64,000 bases of DNA, from NCBI GenBank assembly GCA_040954595.2, contig CM082586.2, positions 401,123 to 465,122 of the forward strand, written 5' to 3'. This document shows, one piece after another, positions 1 through 13,572 of the stretch (its first letter is position 1; each line of letters opens with the position of its first letter). The notes beneath the pieces were generated by a model that was not told the origin of the DNA, did not search any database, and saw nothing but the letters and a program-made list of their open reading frames with translations. The stretch is from Balanoglossus misakiensis. Taxonomy: Eukaryota > Animalia > Hemichordata. Both the position numbers and the translations under genes were made by a program.

Positions 1-3000
1 AATTTCGAAGTTTGGAAAAGTCGAAAAAATCGTCGATTTTTGACGATTTTCCTGAGCTATAACCCATGATTTCTTGAAAAATCGACGAAATTTCGAAGTT
101 TGGAAAAGTCGAAAAATCGTCGATTTTTGACGATTTTCCTGAGCTATAACCCATGATTTCTTGAAAAATCGACGAAATTTCGAAGTTTGGAAAAGTGGAA
201 AAATCGTCGATTTTTGACGATTTTCCTGAGCTATAACCCATGATTTCTTGAAAAATCGACGAAATTTCGAAGTTTGGAAAAGTGGAAAAATCGTCGATTT
301 TTTGACGATTTTCCTGAGCTATAACCCATGATTTCTTGAAAAATCGACGAAATTTCGAAGTTTGGAAAAGTGGAAAAATCGTCGATTTTTGACGATTTTC
401 CTGAGCTATAACCCATGATTTCTTGAAAAATCGACGAAATTTCGAAGTTTGGAAAAGTCGAAAAATCGTCGATTTTTGACGATTTTCCTGAGCTATAACC
501 CATGATTTCTTGAAAAATCGACGAAATTTCGAAGTTTGGAAAAGTCGAAAAATCGTCGATTTTTGACGATTTTCCTGAGCTATAACCCATGATTTCTTGA
601 AAAATCGACGAAATTTCGAAGTTTGGAAAAGTCGAAAAATCGTCGATTTTTGACGATTTTCCTGAGCTATAACCCATGATTTCTTGAAAAATCGACGAAA
701 TTTCGAAGTTTGGAAAAGTCGAAAAATCGTCGATTTTTGACGATTTTCCTGAGCTATAACCCATGATTTCTTGAAAAATCGACGAAATTTCGAAGTTTGG
801 AAAAGTCGAAAAATCGTCGATTTTTGACGATTTTCCTGAGCTATAACCCATGATTTCTTGAAAAATCGACGAAATTTCGAAGTTTGGAAAAGTCGAAAAA
901 TCGTCGATTTTTGACGATTTTCCTGAGCTATAACCCATGATTTCTTGAAAAATCGACGAAATTTCGAAGTTTGGAAAAGTCGAAAAATCGTCGATTTTTG
1001 ACGATTTTCCTGAGCTATAACCCATGATTTCTTGAAAAATCGACGAAATTTCGAAGTTTGGAAAAGTCGAAAAATCGTCGATTTTTGACGATTTTCCTGA
1101 GCTATAACCCATGATTTCTTGAAAAATCGACGAAATTTCGAAGTTTGGAAAAGTCGAAAAATCGTCGATTTTTGACGATTTTCCTGAGCTATAACCCATG
1201 ATTTCTTGAAAAATCGACGAAATTTCGAAGTTTGGAAAAGTGGAAAAATCGTCGATTTTTGACGATTTTCCTGAGCTATAACCCATGATTTCTTGAAAAA
1301 TCGACGAAATTTCGAAGTTTGGAAAAGTGGAAAAATCGTCGATTTTTGACGATTTTCCTGAGCTATAACCCATGATTTCTTGAAAAATCGACGAAATTTC
1401 GAAGTTTGGAAAAGTGGAAAAATCGTCGATTTTTGACGATATTCCTGAGCTATAACCCATGATTTCTTGAAAAATCGACGAAATTTCGAAGTTTGGAAAA
1501 GTGGAAAAATCGTCGATTTTTGACGATTTTCCTGAGCTATAACCCATGATTTCTTGAAAAATCGACGAAATTTCGAAGTTTGGAAAAGTGGAAAAATCGT
1601 CGATTTTTGACGATTTTCCTGAGCTATAACCCATGATTTCTTGAAAAATCGACGAAATTTCGAAGTTTGGAAAAGTGGAAAAATCGTCGATTTTTGACGA
1701 TTTTCCTGAGCTATAACCCATGATTTCTTGAAAAATCGACGAAATTTCGAAGTTTGGAAAAGTCGAAAAATCGTCGATTTTTGACGATTTTCCTGAGCTA
1801 TAACCCATGATTTCTTGAAAAATCGACGAAATTTCGAAGTTTGGAAAAGTCGAAAAATCGTCGATTTTTGACGATTTTCCTGAGCTATAACCCATGATTT
1901 CTTGAAAAATCGACGAAATTTCGAAGTTTGGAAAAGTCGAAAAATCGTCGATTTTTGACGATTTTCCTGAGCTATAACCCATGATTTCTCGAAAAATCGA
2001 CGAAATTTCGAAGTTTGGAAAAGTCGAAAAATCGTCGATTTTTGACGATTTTCCTGAGCTATAACCCATGATTTCTCGAAAAATCGACGAAATTTCGAAG
2101 TTTGGAAAAGTCGAAAAATCGTCGATTTTTGACGATTTTCCTGAGCTATAACCCATGATTTCTTGAAAAATCGACGAAATTTCGAAGTTTGGAAAAGTGG
2201 AAAAATCGTCGATTTTTGACGATTTTCCTGAGCTATAACCCATGATTTCTTGAAAAATCGACGAAATTTCGAAGTTTGGAAAAGTCGAAAAATCGTCGAT
2301 TTTTGACGATTTTCCTGAGCTATAACCCATGATTTCTTGAAAAATCGACGAAATTTCGAAGTTTGGAAAAGTCGAAAAATCGTCGATTTTTGACGATTTT
2401 CCTGAGCTATAACCCATGATTTCTTGAAAAATCGACGAAATTTCGAAGTTTGGAAAAGTCGAAAAATCGTCGATTTTTGACGATTTTCCTGAGCTATAAC
2501 CCATGATTTCTTGAAAAATCGACGAAATTTCGAAGTTTGGAAAAGCCGAAAAATCGTCGATTTTTGACGATTTTCCTGAGCTATAACCCATGATTTCTTG
2601 AAAAATCGACGAAATTTCGAAGTTTGGAAAAGCCGAAAAATCGTCGATTTTTGACGATTTTCCTGAGCTATAACCCATGATTTCTTGAAAAATCGACGAA
2701 ATTTCGAAGTTTGGAAAAGTCGAAAAATCGTCGATTTTTGACGATTTTCCTGAGCTATAACCCATGATTTCTTGAAAAATCGACGAAATTTCGAAGTTTG
2801 GAAAAGTCGAAAAATCGTCGATTTTTGACGATTTTCCTGAGCTATAACCCATGATTTCTTGAAAAATCGACGAAATTTCGAAGTTTGGAAAAGTGGAAAA
2901 ATCGTCGATTTTTGACGATTTTCCTGAGCTATAACCCATGATTTCTTGAAAAATCGACGAAATTTCGAAGTTTGGAAAAGTCGAAAAATCGTCGATTTTT

Positions 3001-6000
3001 GACGATTTTCCTGAGCTATAACCCATGATTTCTTGAAAAATCGACGAAATTTCGAAGTTTGGAAAAGTCGAAAAATCGTCGATTTTTGACGATTTTCCTG
3101 AGCTATAACCCATGATTTCTTGAAAAATCGACGAAATTTCGAAGTTTGGAAAAGTCGAAAATCGTCGATTTTTGACGATTTTCCTGAGCTATAACCCATG
3201 ATTTCTTGAAAAATCGACGAAATTTCGAAGTTTGGAAAAGTGGAAAAATCGTCGATTTTTGACGATTTTCCTGAGCTATAACCCATGATTTCTTGAAAAA
3301 TCGACGAAATTTCGAAGTTTGGAAAAGTGGAAAAAATCGTCGATTTTTGACGATTTTCCTGAGCTATAACCCATGATTTCTTGAAAAATCGACGAAATTT
3401 CGAAGTTTGGAAAAGTGGAAAAATCGTCGATTTTTGACGATTTTCCTGAGCTATAACCCATGATTTCTTGAAAAATCGACGAAATTTCGAAGTTTGGAAA
3501 AGTGGAAAAATCGTCGATTTTTGACGATTTTCCTGAGCTATAACCCATGATTTCTTGAAAAATCGACGAAATTTCGAAGTTTGGAAAAGTCGAAAAATCG
3601 TCGATTTTTGACGATTTTCCTGAGCTATAACCCATGATTTCTTGAAAAATCGACGAAATTTCGAAGTTTGGAAAAGTCGAAAAATCGTCGATTTTTGACG
3701 ATTTTCCTGAGCTATAACCCATGATTTCTTGAAAAATCGACGAAATTTCGAAGTTTGGAAAAGTCGAAAAATCGTCGATTTTTGACGATTTTCCTGAGCT
3801 ATAACCCATGATTTCTTGAAAAATCGACGAAATTTCGAAGTTTGGAAAAGTCGAAAAATCGTCGATTTTTGACGATTTTCCTGAGCTATAACCCATGATT
3901 TCTTGAAAAATCGACGAAATTTCGAAGTTTGGAAAAGTCGAAAAATCGTCGATTTTTGACGATTTTCCTGAGCTATAACCCATGATTTCTTGAAAAATCG
4001 ACGAAATTTCGAAGTTTGGAAAAGTCGAAAAATCGTCGATTTTTGACGATTTTCCTGAGCTATAACCCATGATTTCTTGAAAAATCGACGAAATTTCGAA
4101 GTTTGGAAAAGCCGAAAAATCGTCGATTTTTGACGATTTTCCTGAGCTATAACCCATGATTTCTTGAAAAATCGACGAAATTTCGAAGTTTGGAAAAGCC
4201 GAAAAATCGTCGATTTTTGACGATTTTCCTGAGCTATAACCCATGATTTCTTGAAAAATCGACGAAATTTCGAAGTTTGGAAAAGCCGAAAAATCGTCGA
4301 TTTTTGACGATTTTCCTGAGCTATAACCCATGATTTCTTGAAAAATCGACGAAATTTCGAAGTTTGGAAAAGTCGAAAAATCGTCGATTTTTGACGATTT
4401 TCCTGAGCTATAACCCATGATTTCTTGAAAAATCGACGAAATTTCGAAGTTTGGAAAAGTCGAAAAATCGTCGAATTTTGACGATTTTCATGAGCTATAA
4501 CCCATGATTTCTTGAAAAATCGACGAAATTTCGAAGTTTGGAAAAGTCGAAAAATCGTCGATTTTTGACGATTTTCCTGAGCTATAACCCATGATTTCTT
4601 GAAAAATCGACGAAATTTCGAAGTTTGGAAAAGTGGAAAAATCGTCGATTTTTGACGATTTTCCTGAGCTATAACCCATGATTTCTTGAAAAAATCGACG
4701 AAATTTCGAAGTTTGGAAAAGTCGAAAAATCGTCGATTTTTGACGATTTTCCTGAGCTATAACCCATGATTTCTTGAAAAATCGACGATATTTCGAAGTT
4801 TGGAAAAGTCGAAAAATCGTCGATTTTTGACGATTTTCCTGAGCTATAACCCATGATTTCTTGAAAAATCGACGAAATTTCGAAGTTTGGAAAAGTGGAA
4901 AAATCGTCGATTTTTGACGATTTTCCTGAGCTATAACCCATGATTTCTTGAAAAATCGACGAAATTTCGAAGTTTGGAAAAGCCGAAAATCGTCGATTTT
5001 TGACGATTTTCCTGAGCTATAACCCATGATTTCTTGAAAAATCGACGAAATTTCGAAGTTTGGAAAAGCCGAAAAATCGTCGATTTTTGACGATTTTCCT
5101 GAGCTATAACCCATGATTTCTTGAAAAATCGACGAAATTTCGAAGTTTGGAAAAGCCGAAAAATCGTCGATTTTTGACGATTTTCCTGAGCTATAACCCA
5201 TGATTTCTTGAAAAAATCGACGAAATTTCGAAGTTTGGAAAAGTGGAAAAATCGTCGATTTTTGACGATTTTCCTGAGCTATAACCCATGATTTCTTGAA
5301 AAATCGACGAAATTTCGAAGTTTGGAAAAGTGGAAAAATCGTCGATTTTTGACGATTTTCCTGAGCTATAACCCATGATTTCTTGAAAAATCGACGAAAT
5401 TTCGAAGTTTGGAAAAGTCGAAAAATCGTCGATTTTTGACGATTTTCCTGAGCTATAACCCATGATTTCTTGAAAAATCGACGAAATTTCGAAGTTTGGA
5501 AAAGTCGAAAAATCGTCGATTTTTGACGATTTTCCTGAGCTATAACCCATGATTTCTTGAAAAATCGACGAAATTTCGAAGTTTGGAAAAGTCGAAAAAT
5601 CGTCGATTTTTGACGATTTTCCTGAGCTATAACCCATGATTTCATGAAAAATCGACGATATTTAGAAGTTTGGAAAAGTGGAAAAATCGTCGATTTTTGA
5701 CGATTTTCCTGAGCTATAACCCATGATTTCTTGAAAAATCGACGAAATTTCGAAGTTTGGAAAAGTGGAAAAATCGTCGATTTTTGACGATTTTCCTGAG
5801 CTATAACCCATGATTTCTTGAAAAATCGACGAAATTTCGAAGTTTGGAAAAGTGGAAAAATCGTCGATTTTTGACGATTTTCCTGAGCTATAACCCATGA
5901 TTTCTTGAAAAATCGACGAAATTTCGAAGTTTGGAAAAGTGGAAAAATCGTCGATTTTTGACGATTTTCCTGAGCTATAACCCATGATTTCTTGAAAAAT

Positions 6001-9000
6001 CGACGAAATTTCGAAGTTTGGAAAAGTGGAAAAATCGTCGATTTTTGACGATTTTCCTGAGCTATAACCCATGATTTCTTGAAAAATCGACGAAATTTCG
6101 AAGTTTGGAAAAGTCGAAAAATCGTCGATTTTTGACGATTTTCCTGAGCTATATAACCCATGATTTCTTGAAAAATCGACGAAATTTCGAAGTTTGGAAA
6201 AGTCGAAAAATCGTCGATTTTTGACGATTTTCCTGAGCTATAACCCATGATTTCTTGAAAAATCGACGAAATTTCGAAGTTTGGAAAAGTCGAAAAATCG
6301 TCGATTTTTGACGATTTTCCTGAGCTATAACCCATGATTTCTTGAAAAATCGACGAAATTTCGAAGTTTGGAAAAGTCGAAAAATCGTCGATTTTTGACG
6401 ATTTTCCTGAGCTATAACCCATGATTTCTTGAAAAATCGACGAAATTTCGAAGTTTGGAAAAGTCGAAAAATCGTCGATTTTTGACGATTTTCCTGAGCT
6501 ATAACCCATGATTTCTTGAAAAATCGACGAAATTTCGAAGTTTGGAAAAGTCGAAAAATCGTCGATTTTTGACGATTTTCCTGAGCTATAACCCATGATT
6601 TCTTGAAAAATCGACGAAATTTCGAAGTTTGGAAAAGCCGAAAAATCGTCGATTTTTGACGATTTTCCTGAGCTATAACCCATGATTTCTTGAAAAATCG
6701 ACGAAATTTCGAAGTTTGGAAAAGTCGAAAAATCGTCGATTTTTGACGATTTTCCTGAGCTATAACCCATGATTTCTTGAAAAATCGACGAAATTTCGAA
6801 GTTTGGAAAAGTGGAAAAATCGTCGATTTTTGACGATTTTCCTGAGCTATAACCCATGATTTCTTGAAAAATCGACGAAATTTCGAAGTTTGGAAAAGTG
6901 GAAAAATCGTCGATTTTTGACGATTTTCCTGAGCTATAACCCATGATTTCTTGAAAAATCGACGAAATTTCGAAGTTTGGAAAAGTGGAAAAATCGTCGA
7001 TTTTTGACGATTTTCCTGAGCTATAACCCATGATTTCTTGAAAAATCGACGAAATTTCGAAGTTTGGAAAAGTGGAAAAATCGTCGATTTTTGACGATTT
7101 TCCTGAGCTATAACCCATGATTTCTTGAAAAATCGACGAAATTTCGAAGTTTGGAAAAGTGGAAAAATCGTCGATTTTTGACGATTTTCCTGAGCTATAA
7201 CCCATGATTTCTTGAAAAATCGACGAAATTTCGAAGTTTGGAAAAGTCGAAAAATCGTCGATTTTTGACGATTTTCCTGAGCTATAACCCAAGATTTCTT
7301 GAAAAATCGACGAAATTTCGAAGTTTGGAAAAGTCGAAAATCGTCGATTTTTGACGATTTTCCTGAGCTATAACCCATGATTTCTTGAAAAATCGACGAA
7401 ATTTCGAAGTTTGGAAAAGTCGAAAAATCGTCGATTTTTGACGATTTTCCTGAGCTATAACCCATGATTTCTTGAAAAATCGACGAAATTTCGAAGTTTG
7501 GAAAAGTCGAAAAATCGTCGATTTTTGACGATTTTCCTGAGCTATAACCCATGATTTCTCGAAAAATCGACGAAATTTCGAAGTTTGGAAAAGTCGAAAA
7601 ATCGTCGATTTTTGACGATTTTCCTGAGCTATAACCCATGATTTCTCGAAAAATCGACGAAATTTCGAAGTTTGGAAAAGTCGAAAAATCGTCGATTTTT
7701 GACGATTTTCCTGAGCTATAACCCATGATTTCTCGAAAAATCGACGAAATTTCGAAGTTTGGAAAAGTGGAAAAATCGTCGATTTTTGACGATTTTCCTG
7801 AGCTATAACCCATGATTTCTTGAAAAATCGACGAAATTTCGAAGTTTGGAAAAGTCGAAAAATCGTCGATTTTTGACGATTTTCCTGAGCTATAACCCAT
7901 GATTTCTTGAAAAATCGACGAAATTTCGAAGTTTGGAAAAGTCGAAAAATCGTCGATTTTTGACGATTTTCCTGAGCTATAACCCATGATTTCTTGAAAA
8001 ATCGACGAAATTTCGAAGTTTGGAAAAGTCGAAAAATCGTCGATTTTTGACGATTTTCCTGAGCTATAACCCATGATTTCTTGAAAAATCGACGAAATTT
8101 CGAAGTTTGGAAAAGCCGAAAAATCGTCGATTTTTGACGATTTTCCTGAGCTATAACCCATGATTTCTTGAAAAATCGACGAAATTTCGAAGTTTGGAAA
8201 AGCCGAAAAATCGTCGATTTTTGACGATTTTCCTGAGCTATAACCCATGATTTCTTGAAAAATCGACGAAATTTCGAAGTTTGGAAAAGCCGAAAAATCG
8301 TCGATTTTTGACGATTTTCCTGAGCTATAACCCATGATTTCTTGAAAAATCGACGAAATTTCGAAGTTTGGAAAAGTCGAAAAATCGTCGATTTTTGACG
8401 ATTTTCCTGAGCTATAACCCATGATTTCTTGAAAAAATCGACGAAATTTCGAAGTTTGGAAAAGTCGAAAAATCGTCGATTTTTGACGATTTTCCTGAGC
8501 TATAACCCATGATTTCTTGAAAAATCGACGAAATTTCGAAGTTTGGAAAAGTGGAAAAATCGTCGATTTTTGACGATTTTCCTGAGCTATAACCCATGAT
8601 TTCTTGAAAAATCGACGAAATTTCGAAGTTTGGAAAAGTGGAAAAATCGTCGATTTTTGACGATTTTCCTGAGCTATAACCCATGATTTCTTGAAAAATC
8701 GACGAAATTTCGAAGTTTGGAAAAGTGGAAAAATCGTCGATTTTTGACGATTTTCCTGAGCTATAACCCATGATTTCTTGAAAAATCGACGAAATTTCGA
8801 AGTTTGGAAAAGTGGAAAAATCGTCGATTTTTGACGATTTTCCTGAGCTATAACCCATGATTTCTTGAAAAATCGACGAAATTCGAAGTTTGGAAAAGTC
8901 GAAAAATCGTCGATTTTTGACGATTTTCCTGAGCTATAACCCATGATTTCTTGAAAAATCGACGAAATTTCGAAGTTTGGAAAAGTCGAAAAATCGTCGA

Positions 9001-12000
9001 TTTTTGACGATTTTCCTGAGCTATAACCCATGATTTCTTGAAAAATCGACGAAATTTCGAAGTTTGGAAAAGTCGAAAAATCGTCGATTTTTGACGATTT
9101 TCCTGAGCTATAACCCATGATTTTCTTGAAAAATCGACGAAATTTCGAAGTTTGGAAAAGCCGAAAAATCGTCGATTTTTGACGATTTTCCTGAGCTATA
9201 ACCCATGATTTCTTGAAAAATCGACGAAATTTCGAAGTTTGGAAAAGCCGAAAAATCGTCGATTTTTGACGATTTTCCTGAGCTATAACCCATGATTTCT
9301 TGAAAAATCGACGAAATTTCGAAGTTTGGAAAAGTCGAAAAATCGTCGATTTTTGACGATTTTCCTGAGCTATAACCCATGATTTCTTGAAAAATCGACG
9401 AAATTTCGAAGTTTGGAAAAGTCGAAAAATCGTCGATTTTTGAACGATTTTCCTGAGCTATAACCCATGATTTCTTGAAAAATCGACGAAATTTCGAAGT
9501 TTGGAAAAGTCGAAAAATCGTCGATTTTTGACGATTTTCCTGAGCTATAACCCATGATTTCTTGAAAAATCGACGAAATTTCGAAGTTTGGAAAAGTGGA
9601 AAAATCGTCGATTTTTGACGATTTTCCTGAGCTATAACCCATGATTTCTTGAAAAATCGACGAAATTTCGAAGTTTGGAAAAGTCGAAAAATCGTCGATT
9701 TTTGACGATTTTCCTGAGCTATAACCCATGATTTCTTGAAAAATCGACGATATTTCGAAGTTTGGAAAAGTCGAAAAATCGTCGATTTTTGACGATTTTC
9801 CTGAGCTATAACCCATGATTTCTTGAAAAATCGACGAAATTTCGAAGTTTGGAAAAGTGGAAAAATCGTCGATTTTTGACGATTTTCCTGAGCTATAACC
9901 CATGATTTCTTGAAAAATCGACGAAATTTCGAAGTTTGGAAAAGCCGAAAAATCGTCGATTTTTGACGATTTTCCTGAGCTATAACCCATGATTTCTTGA
10001 AAAATCGACGAAATTTCGAAGTTTGGAAAAGCCGAAAAATCGTCGATTTTTGACGATTTTCCTGAGCTATAACCCATGATTTCTTGAAAAATCGACGAAA
10101 TTTCGAAGTTTGGAAAAGCCGAAAAATCGTCGATTTTTGACGATATTCCTGAGCTATAACCCATGATTTCTTGAAAAATCGACGAAATTTCGAAGTTTGG
10201 AAAAGTCGAAAAATCGTCGATTTTTGACGATTTTCCTGAGCTATAACCCATGATTTCTTGAAAAATCGACGATATTTCGAAGTTTGGAAAAGTCGAAAAA
10301 TCGTCGATTTTTGACGATTTTCCTGAGCTATAACCCATGATTTCTTGAAAAATCGACGAAATTTCGAAGTTTGGAAAAGTGGAAAAATCGTCGATTTTTG
10401 ACGATTTTCCTGAGCTATAACCCATGATTTCTTGAAAAATCGACGAAATTTCGAAGTTTGGAAAAGTGGAAAAATCGTCGATTTTTGACGATTTTCCTGA
10501 GCTATAACCCATGATTTCTTGAAAAATCGACGAAATTTCGAAGTTTGGAAAAGTCGAAAAATCGTCGATTTTTGACGATTTTCCTGAGCTATAACCCATG
10601 ATTTCTTGAAAAATCGACGAAATTTCGAAGTTTGGAAAAGTCGAAAAATCGTCGATTTTTGACGATTTTCCTGAGCTATAACCCATGATTTCTTGAAAAA
10701 TCGACGAAATTTCGAAGTTTGGAAAAGTGGAAAAATCGTCGATTTTTGACGATTTTCCTGAGCTATAACCCATGATTTCTTGAAAAATCGACGAAATTTC
10801 GAAGTTTGGAAAAGTGGAAAAATCGTCGATTTTTGACGATTTTCCTGAGCTATAACCCATGATTTCTTGAAAAATCGACGAAATTTCGAAGTTTGGAAAA
10901 GTGGAAAAATCGTCGATTTTTGACGATTTTCCTGAGCTATAACCCATGATTTCTTGAAAAATCGACGAAATTTCGAAGTTTGGAAAAGTGGAAAAATCGT
11001 CGATTTTTGACGATTTTCCTGAGCTATAACCCATGATTTCTTGAAAAATCGACGAAATTTCGAAGTTTGGAAAAGTGGAAAAATCGTCGATTTTTGACGA
11101 TTTTCCTGAGCTATATAACCCATGATTTCTTGAAAAATCGACGAAATTTCGAAGTTTGGAAAAGTGGAAAAATCGTCGATTTTTGACGATTTTCCTGAGC
11201 TATAACCCATGATTTCTTGAAAAATCGACGAAATTTCGAAGTTTGGAAAAGTCGAAAAATCGTCGATTTTTGACGATTTTCCTGAGCTATAACCCATGAT
11301 TTCTTGAAAAATCGACGAAATTTCGAAGTTTGGAAAAGTGGAAAAATCGTCGATTTTTGACGATTTTCCTGAGCTATAACCCATGATTTCTTGAAAAATC
11401 GACGAAATTTCGAAGTTTGGAAAAGTCGAAAAATCGTCGATTTTTGACGATTTTCCTGAGCTATAACCCATGATTTCTTGAAAAATCGACGAAATTTCGA
11501 AGTTTGGAAAAGTCGAAAAATCGTCGATTTTTGACGATTTTCCTGAGCTATAACCCATGATTTCTTGAAAAATCGACGAAATTTCGAAGTTTGGAAAAGT
11601 GGAAAAATCGTCGATTTTTGACGATTTTCCTGAGCTATAACCCATGATTTCTTGAAAAATCGACGAAATTTCGAAGTTTGGAAAAGTCGAAAAATCGTCG
11701 ATTTTTGACGATTTTCCTGAGCTATAACCCATGATTTCTTGAAAAATCGACGAAATTTCGAAGTTTGGAAAAGTCGAAAAATCGTCGATTTTTGACGATT
11801 TTCCTGAGCTATAACCCATGATTTCTTGAAAAATCGACGAAATTTCGAAGTTTGGAAAAGTCGAAAAATCGTCGATTTTTGACGATTTTCCTGAGCTATA
11901 ACCCATGATTTCTTGAAAAATCGACGAAATTTCGAAGTTTGGAAAAGTCGAAAAATCGTCGATTTTTGACGATTTTCCTGAGCTATAACCCATGATTTCT

Positions 12001-12110
12001 TGAAAAATCGACGAAATTTCGAAGTTTGGAAAAGTCGAAAAATCGTCGATTTTTGACGATTTTCCTGAGCTATAACCCATGATTTCTTGAAAAATCGACG
12101 AAATTTCGAA
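1..12110. repeat. Homogeneous 87-bp tandem satellite (~139 monomers; continues beyond the left edge of the window)
   Basis: The monomer aatttcgaagtttggaaaag(tc/tg/cc)gaaaaatcgtcgatttttgacgattttcctgagctataacccatgatttcttgaaaaatcgacga repeats head-to-tail. It differs mainly at one variable site, with rare 1-2 bp indels. Confidence 0.99.
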
Positions 12111-12150
12111 AATTCGCAAAGTCGAAAAATCGTCATTTCTGGATGATTTT

Positions 12151-13122
12151 CATGGGTTATAGCTCTTGAAAATCATCCGGAAATGACAATTTTTCGACTT
12201 TTCGAATTTTCGAAATTTGGTGATTTTTTGATAAAAAGCATGGGTTATAGCTCATGAAAATCATCCAGAAATGACAATTTTTCGACTTTGCGAATTTTCG
12301 AAATTTGGTGATTTTTTGATAAAAAGCATGGGTTATAGCTCATGAAAATCATCCAGAAATGACAATTTTTCGACTTTGCGAATTTTCGAAATTTGGTGAT
12401 TTTTTGATAAAAACCATGGGTTATAGCTCATGAAAATCATCCAGAAATGACAATTTTTCGACTTTGCGAATTTTCGAAATTTGGTGATTTTTTGATAAAA
12501 ACCATGGGTTATAGCTCATGAAAATCATCCAGAAATGACAATTTTTCGACTTTGCGAATTTTCCAAATTTGGTGATTTTTTGATAAAAACCATGGGTTAT
12601 AGCTCATGAAAATCATCCAGAAATGACAATTTTTCGACTTTGCGAATTTTCCAAATTTGGTGATTTCTTGATAAAAACCATGGGTTATAGCTCATGAAAA
12701 TCACCCAGAAATGACAATTTTTCGACTTTGCGAATTTTCCAAATTTGGTGATTTTTTGATAAAAACCATGGGTTATAGCTCATGAAAATCATCCAGAAAT
12801 GACAATTTTTCGACTTTGCGAATTTTCAAAATTTCTTCATTTTTTGATAAAAACCATGGGTTATAGCTCATGAAAATCATCCAGAAATGAAAATTTTTCG
12901 ACTTTGCGAATTGTCGAAATTTGGTAATTTTTTTTAAAAACCCTGGGTTATAGCTCATGAAAATCATCCAGAAATGACAATTTTTCGACTTTGCGAATTT
13001 ATAAAATTTCTTCATTTTTTGATAAAAATCATGGGTTATAGCTCATGTAAATCTTCAAAAATCGACGATTTTTCGAGATTGGGAATTTTCAAAATTTTGT
13101 CGTTTTTTGAAAAAAAACCATG
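12151..13122 (-). repeat. Inverted block of 11 x 88-bp variant satellite monomers
   Basis: The reverse complement of the conserved box (catgggttatagctc) recurs with an 88-bp period at 12151, 12239, 12327, 12415 and onward to 13119. Confidence 0.95.
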
Positions 13123-13572
13123 GTCGATTTTTGAAGATTTTCATGAGCTATAACCCATGTTTTTTTTTCAAAAAATGACCAAATTTTGAAAATTCCCAAA
13201 CTCGAAAAATCGTCGATTTTTGAAGATTTTCATGAGCTATAACCCATGATTTTTTTCGAAAAATGAAATTTTGAAAATTCGCGAAGTCGAAAAATTGTCA
13301 TTTTTGGATGATTTTCATGAGCTATAACACATGATTTTTTTCAAAAAATGAAGAAATTTTGAAAATTCGCGAAGTCGAAAAATTGATTTTCATGAGCTAT
13401 AACCCATGGAAATTTGAAAAAAATTGATGAAATTTCGAAAATTTCAAAAGTCAAATTTTTTTCAGATTTGATGATTTTCATGAGCTATAACCCATGAAAA
13501 ATGTCCAAAACTGACAAAATCACCGAAAGATTGCAAAGTCGGGAATTTGTTATTTTTTGACAGTTTTCATGA
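13123..13572 (+). repeat. Degenerate forward-orientation satellite monomers forming the array edge
   Basis: The box ttttcatgagctataacccatg recurs about 5 times with increasingly diverged flanks. It ends at ...ttttcatgaacacacagacacagacac. Confidence 0.9.

Noticed and set aside
231-12136. Very long minus-strand ORFs of 29-aa repeats (MGYSSGKSSKIDDFSTFPNFEISSIFQEI and WVIAQENRQKSTIFRLFQTSKFRRFFKKS)
   Set aside because: The 87-bp period is a multiple of 3, so any stop-free frame stays open. Frames swap at 1-2 bp indels, edge monomers are 88 bp, and there is no unique N- or C-terminal domain.
1-13572. CRISPR-like array or CENP-B box
   Set aside because: There are no unique spacers and no cas genes, and the context is eukaryotic. 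The monomer does not match TTCG-N4-A-N2-CGGG on either strand.
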